From: an uncultured Candidatus Rokubacteria bacterium
GTDB taxonomy: Bacteria > Methylomirabilota > Methylomirabilia > Rokubacteriales > DASRDR01
Length of the DNA: 64,000 nt
Direction of reading: 5' to 3'
Assembly (NCBI GenBank): GCA_963708025.1
Contig: CAVPSB010000016.1
Span: 192,001-256,000 of the forward strand
The position numbers were made by a program, and so were the translations under genes. This document shows, one piece after another, positions 10,226 to 19,647 of the stretch (within the stretch, counting starts at the first letter, position 1; each line of letters starts with the position of its first letter). The notes beneath the pieces were generated by a model, which was not told where the DNA came from, made no database searches, and worked only from the letters and a program-made list of their open reading frames with translations.

Positions 10226-10343
10226 CGGGGCCCGCCGGGGCCCGCGGTCAGGACTCCTTCGGCTGGAGCGCCGCCCGGACCGCGGCCCGCCCCCGGAGGG
10301 GGCGGCCCGCCTCCCGGGGGCGAGAACGGGCATTATGTTGCCT

Positions 10344-10674
10344 AGCCGCCGCCGACATCCGCGGCGACTTCGCCGAGCTCTACGGCTATGTGAACCGCGC
10401 GTTGCCGGACGCCGAGCTCGATGCCTTCGTCAACGCGCTGGCGTTGCGGATTTCCTCGTTCGACAAGCAGGCCATCGCCGACACCAAACGCCTGGTGAAT
10501 GTCGCGAGCCTGCCGTCCGACGCCGAGATCGCGCCGGAATGGGACGCCTTCATGGCCTCGCTCGGCCGTCCGGCGAGCCAGAACCAGATCAAGACCTTGA
10601 TGAGCCGCGGCTTGCATAAGGCCGGAGATGTCGAAACGCGATTGGGCTATCATGTCGGTCAGCTCGGCGGCTGA
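10344..10674 (+). pseudogene. 3' fragment of an enoyl-CoA hydratase/isomerase
   Basis: AELYGYVNRALPDAELDAFV...AIADTKRLVN; no N-terminal half. Confidence 0.7.
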
Positions 10675-10737
10675 GGAGCAGAGGCACCTACCGAATCCGT
10701 GGCGGCGGCGCTGATCCGCCACAAAAGGGAGTCTCCC

Positions 10738-11184
10738 ATGTCAACGATTTCGACCCGCCTTGTCCTCGGCTTTATCGCCGGGTTCCTCTCGCACCTGATC
10801 TTCCAGGGCGGGTTCGGTGCCATTCTCTACGCCGCGCACCTGCTGCCGTCCTTGATCTGGAGTCTCATGCCGGTGCCGCCTTTCGGCGTGCCCATGAGCA
10901 TCAACCTGGGGTTCTGGGCCGGGCTTTGGGGAGTGCTCTACGCCGTGCTCGAGCCGCGACTCACCGCGCGCCTCACATGGTGGCTGGGTGGGCTCGTCTT
11001 CGGCCTTGCTCCGCTGGCCGCGTACTGGTTCGTCGTGCTGCCGCTGAAGGGGGCCGGCATTGGCGGCGGCTTCCACCCGGCGATGGTGCCGATCGAGATC
11101 GGCTTTCACGTGGTCTTCGGCATCGGCGTGGCGATCATTTTCCGGCTGGGCGTCGCCCTGGCCGGACAAAAAGGGGCCCGCTGA
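10738..11184 (+). CDS. Hypothetical 4-TM membrane protein
   Basis: Hydrophobic ORF with a GGGAG RBS. Confidence 0.7.
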   Translation: MSTISTRLVLGFIAGFLSHLIFQGGFGAILYAAHLLPSLIWSLMPVPPFGVPMSINLGFWAGLWGVLYAVLEPRLTARLTWWLGGLVFGLAPLAAYWFVVLPLKGAGIGGGFHPAMVPIEIGFHVVFGIGVAIIFRLGVALAGQKGAR

Positions 11185-11273
11185 ACGCTCTTCCCCGCGA
11201 CGATAGGTAGAGCCATGAGCGCGCGCCGGATCTTGCTCGCCGCGCATCACCGCGGTCTGACCGCGTTAGACGC

Positions 11274-12353
11274 TTGACTCCTCGCGACCTGGGAGAGCGC
11301 GGCGCTCAGGGACCCTTCCTGGAAACTGGTGGGACCTCGCGCGTCCTGTTCAATCGTCGGCTAGACGCGAAGTCAGAACTTCGGTACAGCGCGACGGACA
11401 GTTGGGGATGGGTTAGCTACGCAGGCACCCAGTTCGGCGGCACGGCGGCGCTTGGGAGCCTCACTGTCGAGCGCCGGTTCATTGGCAGGGACGCCAGTGG
11501 GCAGGCGATTGTCGTCCCCGTCCGAGTCGAACTGCATCGGGGGTTCGGGCAACGATCGCGGCAGCCGGCATCACCGGAGGTGCCGCTCCCACCGGCCCGG
11601 TCGCTCCTGGCCGCCGACTTGGCTGGCCTAGCTGGTCGCTGGGAGGGCTATTACCAGTCCGGCGGGTTCCAGATGCCCGTGGAGGCAGCCATCCGCGAGG
11701 ATGGTACCGTCGAGGTCGGCGAGAACGACCCGGTGACGAATCGAATTCGTGGGTCGCTCACTATCCGGGATGGGCGCGTCTGGTATGCCGGCCGAGACTC
11801 CGGAGAGCTGGTCCTGCACCAAGAGGGCGCGACGCGGCTGCTGGTCGGCCGTCTCACTCTCGCCGCCTCCGGGAGCGCCCCGCCGGAGATCCTCCCCCTC
11901 CGCCTCGAATGGAAGGGAAGCTCCGGCGGGGCGGCCCCGGCGGCCGCCTCGCCAGCCCCACCGCCCGCGTCGCCCTCGCCGAGTGTCTCGACGGCTCGGT
12001 CTCCGATGGAATCGGCGGCGATCTCCCCCGTGAACGGCACGTATCACGGAACCGTGTCTGGCGACCAGCAAGGACGCCCCTACTCCGCGCGGATCACCAT
12101 CACGCTGGCTCAGCAGGGCGATCAAGTCACAGGGACGTGGCTGACTACGGCCGGCGGCTCGGGCACGGTGACGGGCCGGCTCCTATCCCCGACGCGGGCG
12201 GAGCTCCGTATCGAGCAGCTCCATCCCTGCTCCGCCAGGTTCACGGGCATGGCAACAATCGGCGAGGGCGGCTCGAGCTTGGGCGGGTCGTATTCCGGGA
12301 CTGGGTGCGCCGGTCCCGTCTCCACGTCGTTCACGGTCGTGCGGCAGCCCTAG
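11274..12353 (+). CDS. Hypothetical beta-rich protein with Pro/Ser linker (start uncertain)
   Basis: Long ORF with repeated G.W.G beta-barrel-like segments. Confidence 0.5.
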   Translation: MTPRDLGERGAQGPFLETGGTSRVLFNRRLDAKSELRYSATDSWGWVSYAGTQFGGTAALGSLTVERRFIGRDASGQAIVVPVRVELHRGFGQRSRQPASPEVPLPPARSLLAADLAGLAGRWEGYYQSGGFQMPVEAAIREDGTVEVGENDPVTNRIRGSLTIRDGRVWYAGRDSGELVLHQEGATRLLVGRLTLAASGSAPPEILPLRLEWKGSSGGAAPAAASPAPPPASPSPSVSTARSPMESAAISPVNGTYHGTVSGDQQGRPYSARITITLAQQGDQVTGTWLTTAGGSGTVTGRLLSPTRAELRIEQLHPCSARFTGMATIGEGGSSLGGSYSGTGCAGPVSTSFTVVRQP

Positions 12354-12375
12354 CGCCGCTCCGGGAGGGCCCCGC

Positions 12376-12705
12376 ATGCCCGCCCCCCACCCCCTGACCC
12401 CCGCCGACCGCGCCACCCTCGGCGCGATCGTCACCCGCTACCCCGGCCTGGCGGCCGCGGTCCACGCCCAGGTCACCCGGCTGCTCGCCGCCGTCCTCCC
12501 CGCCGGCGATGGCGCGATCGCCACCGAGGGCCAGCTCGACGAGCTGCTCGAGTCCGTCGTGGAGCGCGTCGTGGCGGGGAGCGGCAAGCTGCGGGATGAC
12601 CCACCAACGGCGCTGGACGACCTGGTGGACGCGATGGTGCTGGTGCTCGCGCGGCACTCGGTGGCGCAGGCGCGGCCGGGGCTGGTGGAGCCGTATCCTA
12701 CCTAG
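12376..12705 (+). CDS. Hypothetical helical protein
   Basis: GGGAGG RBS and GC3-rich codons. Confidence 0.5.
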   Translation: MPAPHPLTPADRATLGAIVTRYPGLAAAVHAQVTRLLAAVLPAGDGAIATEGQLDELLESVVERVVAGSGKLRDDPPTALDDLVDAMVLVLARHSVAQARPGLVEPYPT

Positions 12706-12818
12706 GTATTCGTTTGGTCCGGAGGAATGTAACCGGTAGCGTTAGCTGTGATGTCCGCGAGCTTCTCTTGATACTTGATCAACTCGGGCTCGATGAACAC
12801 TGGCTTCCGCTCGTCCAT
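12702..12818 (-). CDS. 38-aa RiPP-precursor-like peptide
   Basis: MDERKPVFIEPELIKYQEKLADITANATGYIPPDQTNT; strong GAGGAGG RBS; TTGACA-18 nt-CACACT upstream. Confidence 0.6.
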   Translation of the reverse strand: MDERKPVFIEPELIKYQEKLADITANATGYIPPDQTNT

Positions 12819-13194
12819 GAGTCCTCCTCTTGCGGCATGCCTTCCAATGGCGTCGCGTGGGCGAAAGCAGTGTGCGCGTCGGCCGAGACGACTGTCAAGA
12901 TGCAAGAGTTTGCACCGTACCGAACCGTACCGAACCTCAGGTGTCGCAAACCTCCGCTTCGGGGTGCCCCTACAAGTTAGCCTGGAGATTGAGGTGCCTG
13001 GAAGCCCCAGGCCCTGACGCAAACCACATGCTTTGCGACAGAGGCCGGGCTCCAGTCGCAGGACCGAATCGCGGGCTGGATCCGAACTGCTCGCAGGCCC
13101 ACCGCGGTGGGCGCTTCGCGTGGTGCTGAGTCCGCTCTGAAGCGCCCCGAGGAGCCGTTACCCGGGACCCAAGCTCCGGGCAGGCGCCCGGGGG

Positions 13195-13400
13195 CCGCAG
13201 AAGGAGCTCCGGGGCATTACACCCGTCGGCCTCCCGGTCGACCCTCCGCCTGTACTCGAGGGTGAAGGGCCGACGCAACGCCTTTGCCACGACCTCGATC
13301 TCCGGCCCACCGAGAGCCCGCTCCAGGATGCTCATCGACCTTCGATCCTTGCTCGCCCTCGACAGTAAACTTCCGGGTGGCCACTGTCTCACTGAGAGGG
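13195..13400 (-). mobile_element. IS3-family orfA remnant
   Basis: PEIEVVAKALRRPFTLEYRRRVDREADGC resembles an IS3 OrfA N-terminus; no orfB. Confidence 0.5.
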
Positions 13401-13445
13401 GCCCTCCAAGACTGGCCTGATCGTCGGCAGATCGCGTAAAGTACG

Positions 13446-14426
13446 GTGATGGCCTCTTGCGCACTCTGCCAGCGGGACCGGCCTTTAAGGCAGAGTCACA
13501 TCATCCCGAAGTTTGTAGTCAGGTGGCTGAAGGACACTGGTGCCACTCAATATCTCCGGCAGGCGATTCACCCCAATATTCGGCGACAGGACTTTGGTAC
13601 GCAGCCGCTCCTCTGCGATGACTGTGAACAGCGGTTCGCGGCATGGGAGAATCGATTCGCCGAGCGCGTATTCTTCCCGTTCCAGCAAGAGCGCCGGCAA
13701 TCCTTCGATTACGGGGAATGGTTGCTCTCATTTGCTACATCGCTTGCTTGGCGGACAGTGATCGGATTCCATCGCGCACCGTACCACATGTTTCCCGAGC
13801 GGACAAAGCTAGCTCCTGCGCTCGAGCGACGACTTGAACAGGCGCAAGAACGGTGGCGAGTCTTCCTTCTCGGTGAGTCACATGATCCCGGTCCTTACGA
13901 ACACCACCTGTTCTTTTGGGATGTAGCGGCGCAGGTAGAGGGTGGGGTGCTGCCTCGCGGCTTCCACATGTACATCCTTCGCGCAGCGGACGGAACTGTA
14001 GCCCACTCGTCCAGAGCCGCATTCGTCTACTCAAAGTTGCCTGGAATGATGTTCTGGGCTGGGGTCGAGCCTCCGCTCGTCGAGGGATGGGAGCGTACGT
14101 TGATCGCGAGGCAGGGAACTATAAGCTCACCCCAACGAATTAGCCAGTCGGGTTTCGGTGACTTTCTACTAGACCGTGTCCAGATAGTCGGCAAGCTAAT
14201 GAGTGCGATGTCGGATAGGCAACGGGAGAAGATTGACCGGGCCTACCGTGAGAACCCGGAGCGCGTTCTCGAGTCAGACACCTTGCGAGCGCACCTGGCA
14301 AGTCTGGTCTGGGAGGAGACCCAGGGCAAGCGAGACGTAAAGGGTGGCCCGCGTCGGCCACCAACCGGGGGGCGTGGCCGATCACCTGAAGCCCCAGGGG
14401 ACGTGCCGCGACCCGAACCGTCGTGA
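13446..14426 (+). CDS. HNH-like Zn-binding nuclease domain protein (lower GC)
   Basis: CALC...SHIIPK...LLCDDCE treble-clef/HNH-like pattern. Confidence 0.65.
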   Translation: MMASCALCQRDRPLRQSHIIPKFVVRWLKDTGATQYLRQAIHPNIRRQDFGTQPLLCDDCEQRFAAWENRFAERVFFPFQQERRQSFDYGEWLLSFATSLAWRTVIGFHRAPYHMFPERTKLAPALERRLEQAQERWRVFLLGESHDPGPYEHHLFFWDVAAQVEGGVLPRGFHMYILRAADGTVAHSSRAAFVYSKLPGMMFWAGVEPPLVEGWERTLIARQGTISSPQRISQSGFGDFLLDRVQIVGKLMSAMSDRQREKIDRAYRENPERVLESDTLRAHLASLVWEETQGKRDVKGGPRRPPTGGRGRSPEAPGDVPRPEPS

Positions 14427-14698
14427 GACGGTCGTCGGGGTGCTCAAAGCCCTGGCGGCGCCGCCGCGAGCCGCCGGGCCACGGTGACGTCAGCGGGCCG
14501 GGCCGACGTCCAGTTCCGCGTCTATCCTGACGCCCGCAACGGTTCCAACCTAGCCCATCTCCCTCAGACACCCCCGACCGGCCAGCCGAACTGGACTCCT
14601 GCCTATCACCGGCCGCGCAGCCCTCCGGCCTTCGCGCCGTACTGTTCCCGCTCCAGGGCGCGCGCGGACGTCACCCTGTTCTGACGGGAGGTGCTGAG

Positions 14699-15871
14699 AT
14701 GGCCGTCAAGGTACGCGAGTGGAAGGGTGCCTGGTGGGTCTTCACGGACTACAAGGGCCGACGGAAGGCTCGGCGCGTCGGCGTCGGCACGACCGGCAAG
14801 CGGGCGGCCCAGGCGGCCGCGGAGAAGATCGCCGCCAAGCTGGCCCTCGGCGACCACACGCCCCTGGAGACCGTCACCCCCGCGGCGCCGCCCGTCACGT
14901 TCCGCGCGTACGCCGAGCGCTGGCTGGCGGGCCACGTGCGCCTGCAGTGCAAGCCCTCCACCCTCACCACCTACACCCGCGTGATGCGGACCCACTGGAT
15001 TCCCGCGCCGGGGCCTTACCCCTGGCCGGCCCTCACCCGGGACCGGATCAAGGGGGTCCTGGCGGGCCTGGCGGGCGGGCTGCGGGCGAGCACGATCAGC
15101 GCCTCGACCCTGCCCCCCTTGCAGGGCTGCCTGAGCGCGGCCGTCGAGGACGGGCTCCTGGTGGCGAATCCGGCGAGCCGGCTCGGTCGGTTCATGCGGT
15201 CGGATGTGCTGCCCCAGGAGCGCCAGGATCCCCTCACGCGCGAGGAGCTGAGTGGCCTGCTCGCCACCACTGAGACCGACATGCCCGAGTGGTACCCGGC
15301 GCTCCTGGCGTTCGCCCGGACGGGGGTGCGCTTCGGCGAGTTGGCGGCCCTGAAGCCGAAGGATCTCGACTTCCGGGACCTTGCAGTGCTGGTCCGGCGC
15401 CGCGCGTACAAGGGGGAGCTGAGCACGCCGAAGAACCGGAAGGGGCGCCGGGTGGACATGAGCCGGCAGCTGGCGCGCGTGCTCCAGGGGTACCTGAGCC
15501 TCCGGGAGGCCGAGGCCGTAGTCCGCGGCCAGGCGCCGTCCCCCTACCTGTTCCCCGACCCGGACGGCGATCTGCTCGACCGGGAGTGGTTCAACCGCAA
15601 CGTCTGGCGGCCCCTGCTCCGCCGCGCCGGGCTCCGGTTCCGCACCCCCCACCAGATGTGCCACGCCTTCGCCAGCATCCTGATCCAGAACGGGGAGAGC
15701 CTGGCCTACGTGCGGGACCAGCTCGGCCACGCCTCGATCAAGCTCACCGTGGACACCTACGGCCACCTGATCCCGGGGGCGAACCGGCAGGCGGTTGACA
15801 AGCTCGACGACGCCACCGGCCGCAACCTCTACGCAACCGCCGGCGAGCCGGCGGCGCTCACCGCCCAGTAA
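14699..15871 (+). CDS. Tyrosine recombinase/integrase
   Basis: TGVRFGEL, PKN, HQMCH (HxxR Arg replaced by Cys), LGHASIKLTVDTYGH. Confidence 0.92.
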   Translation: MAVKVREWKGAWWVFTDYKGRRKARRVGVGTTGKRAAQAAAEKIAAKLALGDHTPLETVTPAAPPVTFRAYAERWLAGHVRLQCKPSTLTTYTRVMRTHWIPAPGPYPWPALTRDRIKGVLAGLAGGLRASTISASTLPPLQGCLSAAVEDGLLVANPASRLGRFMRSDVLPQERQDPLTREELSGLLATTETDMPEWYPALLAFARTGVRFGELAALKPKDLDFRDLAVLVRRRAYKGELSTPKNRKGRRVDMSRQLARVLQGYLSLREAEAVVRGQAPSPYLFPDPDGDLLDREWFNRNVWRPLLRRAGLRFRTPHQMCHAFASILIQNGESLAYVRDQLGHASIKLTVDTYGHLIPGANRQAVDKLDDATGRNLYATAGEPAALTAQ

Positions 15872-15987
15872 ATCGCCGGGTTACCGGCTACGCGCGGTAT
15901 TCTGGCACATCCCCGGGGAGGCGAAAACCCCGGTGTGGTCCGACACGGCGTTGCGCCCCACCATCGAGGATGCTACGGTGGGCGGCC

Positions 15988-17427
15988 GTGAGCACCAGCC
16001 CGACGAGCCTTCCGCCGCCCGAGGAGACCCGGAAGTTCCTCCACCGCCGATGGGAGAAGGAAGTCCTGCCGGCGCTGGCCCGCTACATCGCGATCCCGGC
16101 GAAGTCGCCGGCCTTCGACCCGGAGTGGTCGGCCCACGGCCACATCGACAGGGCCATCGCGCTCGTCGAGGACTGGAGCCGCCGCCGGCCGATCGAGGGC
16201 CTGGCCGTCGAGACCTTCCGGCTGCCGGGCCGGACGCCCGTCCTCCTCGCCGAGACCCCCGGCGCGGCTCCGGAGACCATCCTGCTCTACGGCCACTGCG
16301 ACAAGCAGCCTGAGATGACGGGCTGGGCCGAGGGCCTCGGCCCGTGGACCGCGGTCCGCCGGGGGGATCGCCTCTACGGCCGCGGGGCCCAGGACGACGG
16401 TTACGCGGCCTTCTGCGCGCTCACGGCCATCGAGGCCGTCCAGCGCGCCGGCGTCCCGCACGCCCGCTGCATCCTGCTCGTCGAGGCGAGCGAGGAGAGC
16501 GGGAGCCCCGACCTGCCGGCGTACATGGAGGCCCTCGCCGCGCGCATCGGGACGCCCGATCTCGTGATCTGCCTCGACTCCGGGTGCGGGAACTACGAGC
16601 AGCTCTGGGGCACCACGTCGCTCCGCGGACTGATCAACGGCGTGCTCACGGTCGAGGTGCTGACCGAGGGCATGCACTCGGGCGCGGCCGGCGGCATCGT
16701 CCCCTCGAGCTTCCGCATCGCACGCCAGATCCTGTCGCGCCTCGAGGACGAGCGGACCGGCGAGATCCTGCCGCCCGACTTCCGGGTCGAGGTGCCGCCG
16801 GCCCGGGTGGCCGAGACGCGGGCGGTGGCCGAGGCGCTGGGCGGAGAGATCGCGGGGCGGTATCCCGTCGTCGAGGGGATGCGCTACGCCCACCCGGACC
16901 CCGCCACCCTGCTGCTGGCCAACACCTGGGCAGCGACGCTGGGCATCACCGGCGCCGCTGGCTTGCCCGCGCTGGCCGACGGCGGCAACGTGCTCCGGCC
17001 TTTCACGTCGCTCAAGCTCTCACTCCGGGTCCCTCCGACCCTCGACGTCCCGCGGGCCGCGCGGCGCCTCCAGCAGATCCTCGAGGCCGACCCGCCATAC
17101 GGGGCGCGCGTGCGCTTCACGGCCGACAGCCTTTCGCCCGGCTGGGACGCCCCGGCCACCGAGTCGTGGCTTCTCGATGCCGTGCACGCCGCGTCCCGGC
17201 GCCACTTCGATCGGCCCGCGATGTTCACGGGACTCGGCGGGTCCATTCCCTTCATGGCCATGCTCGGGGAACGCTTCCCGCGCGCGCAGTTCTTCATCAC
17301 CGGGACCGGCGGTCCCGGCTCCAACGCTCACGGCCCGAACGAGTTCCTGCACCTGCCCTTCGCCGAGCGCCTCACCGCCTGCGTGGCGGACCTGATCGTG
17401 GCGCACCATCGCGCGCGCCGGCCCTAG
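15988..17427 (+). CDS. M20/ArgE-DapE family metallopeptidase
   Basis: YGHCDKQP, GRGAQDDG, EESGS, NAHGPNE. Confidence 0.92.
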   Translation: MSTSPTSLPPPEETRKFLHRRWEKEVLPALARYIAIPAKSPAFDPEWSAHGHIDRAIALVEDWSRRRPIEGLAVETFRLPGRTPVLLAETPGAAPETILLYGHCDKQPEMTGWAEGLGPWTAVRRGDRLYGRGAQDDGYAAFCALTAIEAVQRAGVPHARCILLVEASEESGSPDLPAYMEALAARIGTPDLVICLDSGCGNYEQLWGTTSLRGLINGVLTVEVLTEGMHSGAAGGIVPSSFRIARQILSRLEDERTGEILPPDFRVEVPPARVAETRAVAEALGGEIAGRYPVVEGMRYAHPDPATLLLANTWAATLGITGAAGLPALADGGNVLRPFTSLKLSLRVPPTLDVPRAARRLQQILEADPPYGARVRFTADSLSPGWDAPATESWLLDAVHAASRRHFDRPAMFTGLGGSIPFMAMLGERFPRAQFFITGTGGPGSNAHGPNEFLHLPFAERLTACVADLIVAHHRARRP

Positions 17428-17512
17428 TCCTCGCGTCTGGTCGCCGGGGCTGTCGGGAGAGTCCGGCCGGGAGTCAGGCCGCGTCGAAGCTGCGACGTCG
17501 GCCCGGGAGAAG

Positions 17513-19459
17513 CTACGGCGGGGACGGGTGGCGCGGCGGGTGATGTGCGGTCGGGGCTCGCCGGGCGACCTGCGCCACCGCCTCGCCCAGCAGCTGCGGC
17601 TCGACCGGCTTGCTCAGGTGGAGCTGGTAGCCGGCCGTGAGCGCCCGCTCCCGGTCCTCGGCGTGCGCGTAAGCGGAGAGCGCGACGGCCGGGATCCCGC
17701 TCCACTCCGCGCCCAGTCCCCTCACGGCCCGGATCAGATCGTACCCGCTTTCACCGGGCAGTCCGATGTCGCTCACCAGGACGTCCGGGGTCACCCGCTT
17801 CAGGGTCTCGACCGCCTCGCGGACCGAGGCCACCGTGCAGACCTCGGCGCCGCACTCCTCGAGGACCGTCGTGAGGAGCTCGCGCGCGTCGCCGTCGTCG
17901 TTGACGACGAGAACCCGCACCCCGTCCAGCACCGGGCGCCGGAGCGTGCGCCCGTCTCGCGATCCCGGTGCCGCCGGCTGGAGGCATCGCCGCTCCATGT
18001 CGGCGGCCGGGACCGGCAGATCCACCGTGAACGTCGTCCCCTGCCCCTCGCCCGGGCTCTCGGCGTGAACCTTGCCCCCGTGGAGCTCCACCAGGTGACG
18101 CACGATGGCCAGACCCAGGCCGAGCCCGGAGTCGGATCGGGCCGGGCCATGCTCGGCCTGGGTGAACCGCTCGAAGACGTGGGGCAAGAAGTCGGACCCG
18201 ATGCCGATGCCCGTGTCCTTCACCGTGATCCGCGTCTTCGCGTCCGCCCGCTCGAGCCTGACCTCGACGCGACCCCCGGCGGGCGTGTACTTGACCCCGT
18301 TGGACAGCAGGTTCCCCACGATCTGCTGCAGGCGATCGGGATCCCCCGTCATCGGTCCCACCGACGGATCGAATGCCGATTCCAGGCGAACGCCCTTGGC
18401 CTCGGCCGCCGGGCGAACGGCCTCCAGCGCGGCCCGGATGACGGTCGAGGGCTCGACCTGACGAAGGTCCAGCTGCAGCTTGCCCGTGATGATCCGCGAG
18501 ACGTCGAGGAGGTCCCCGATGAGGCGCGCCTGCGCCTTCGTGTTGCGCTCGACGACTTCGAGCGCGTGGGCGGTCTTGGCGGCGTCGAGCCGCCCGCTCC
18601 GCAGCAGCCGGACCCAGCCCAGCATCGCGGAGAGCGGAGTGCGCAGCTCGTGCGAGAGCGTCGCCAGGAACTCGTCCTTGCTCCGGCTCGCCATCTCGGC
18701 CTCGGCCCGCGCCACCCGTTCCCGAACCAGCAGATCGGCGCGTTCCCGCTCCCGCAGCCGAAGCGCCCTCTCGATCTCCTTGCGTTCCGCGATCTCGGCT
18801 TCGAGAGCCGTCGCTTTCTGCTGGAGCTGGGCGATGAGGCGAAGGCCGTCGGCCGTGGTCGGTGCCGCCGCATAGCTCTCGGCGGGGATCACCCGGGAGT
18901 GTTGGCCACAAACGTCCCGGAACGCCTGCTCGTGCTCCGCCCGGCCGAAGCCGCGCATCGGGTACGCGCACAGGAGGGAGAACGGCTGGCGCCGCCCCAG
19001 ATCGTTCCACTGCTCTTCCAGGCTGACCGCGGCCTTCTGGTTCCCCTCCGCCCAGAGCAGCGCCACCATCTCCCCGAACACCCGGACGGGCCGGCCCCCC
19101 CGGGCCGCTCCCGCGAGGAGAGCGCCGACCAGCTCGGCGAAGCGCCCGGGGTCAGGCCCGCCGTCGTCCATGAGCTCCGACAGCGTCTCGGCCGCGTCCA
19201 CCGCGACGTACTGCCCACGGTCGAGAGCGGTGGCGACGTCCGGGCCCCACGCTCTCAGCCGAGCCGCCAGACCGTCCAGGTGGCGCTTCGTGGCGATGAC
19301 GACGCCCCCACCCCCCGCCCGGAGTCCGGCGCCGATGAACCGGCTCACCGAGTCGAGCAGGAATGTGTCGTCCTCGTAGAACTGGACGCAGTGGCCGGTC
19401 GCGTCGCTGTCGCCGTGGAGCGCGCCGGACGCGACTGGTGGCGCCTCTTCGATACTCAT
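17513..19459 (-). CDS. MEDS-sensor hybrid histidine kinase with REC domain
   Basis: HCVQFYEDD...FGEMVALLW (MEDS); SHELRTPL; GLGLGLAIV; VSDIGLPG. Confidence 0.9.
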   Translation of the reverse strand: MSIEEAPPVASGALHGDSDATGHCVQFYEDDTFLLDSVSRFIGAGLRAGGGGVVIATKRHLDGLAARLRAWGPDVATALDRGQYVAVDAAETLSELMDDGGPDPGRFAELVGALLAGAARGGRPVRVFGEMVALLWAEGNQKAAVSLEEQWNDLGRRQPFSLLCAYPMRGFGRAEHEQAFRDVCGQHSRVIPAESYAAAPTTADGLRLIAQLQQKATALEAEIAERKEIERALRLRERERADLLVRERVARAEAEMASRSKDEFLATLSHELRTPLSAMLGWVRLLRSGRLDAAKTAHALEVVERNTKAQARLIGDLLDVSRIITGKLQLDLRQVEPSTVIRAALEAVRPAAEAKGVRLESAFDPSVGPMTGDPDRLQQIVGNLLSNGVKYTPAGGRVEVRLERADAKTRITVKDTGIGIGSDFLPHVFERFTQAEHGPARSDSGLGLGLAIVRHLVELHGGKVHAESPGEGQGTTFTVDLPVPAADMERRCLQPAAPGSRDGRTLRRPVLDGVRVLVVNDDGDARELLTTVLEECGAEVCTVASVREAVETLKRVTPDVLVSDIGLPGESGYDLIRAVRGLGAEWSGIPAVALSAYAHAEDRERALTAGYQLHLSKPVEPQLLGEAVAQVARRAPTAHHPPRHPSPP

Positions 19460-19647
19460 CTCGGCGTCTCCTGTTTCAGACCGAGCCCGGGCCCCGTGCT
19501 CCACGCCGGCAGCTGATGTCCGGAGTCGAGGCACCACTGCGGTGGCCGACGGACAGGTTGGCGTCCACCACTGCCTCCGGATCGGGAACAGACCCCTCCA
19601 GAGCGGTCCGTGCAACTTCCATTCCGGCCAGCGCGCCCTGCCGGTGC

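Larger units (their letters stand above)
7603..15911. mobile_element. Integrative element (tyrosine integrase) bounded by attL/attR-like repeats
   Basis: Exact 22-bp direct repeat ACGCGCGGTATTCTGGCACATC at 7603-7624 and 15890-15911; integrase next to the right repeat; excisionase and XRE genes inside. Confidence 0.8.

Noticed and set aside
11180-11272. attC-like CTGAAC…GTTAGAC after the membrane gene
   Set aside because: Poor R-box complementarity and a weak stem
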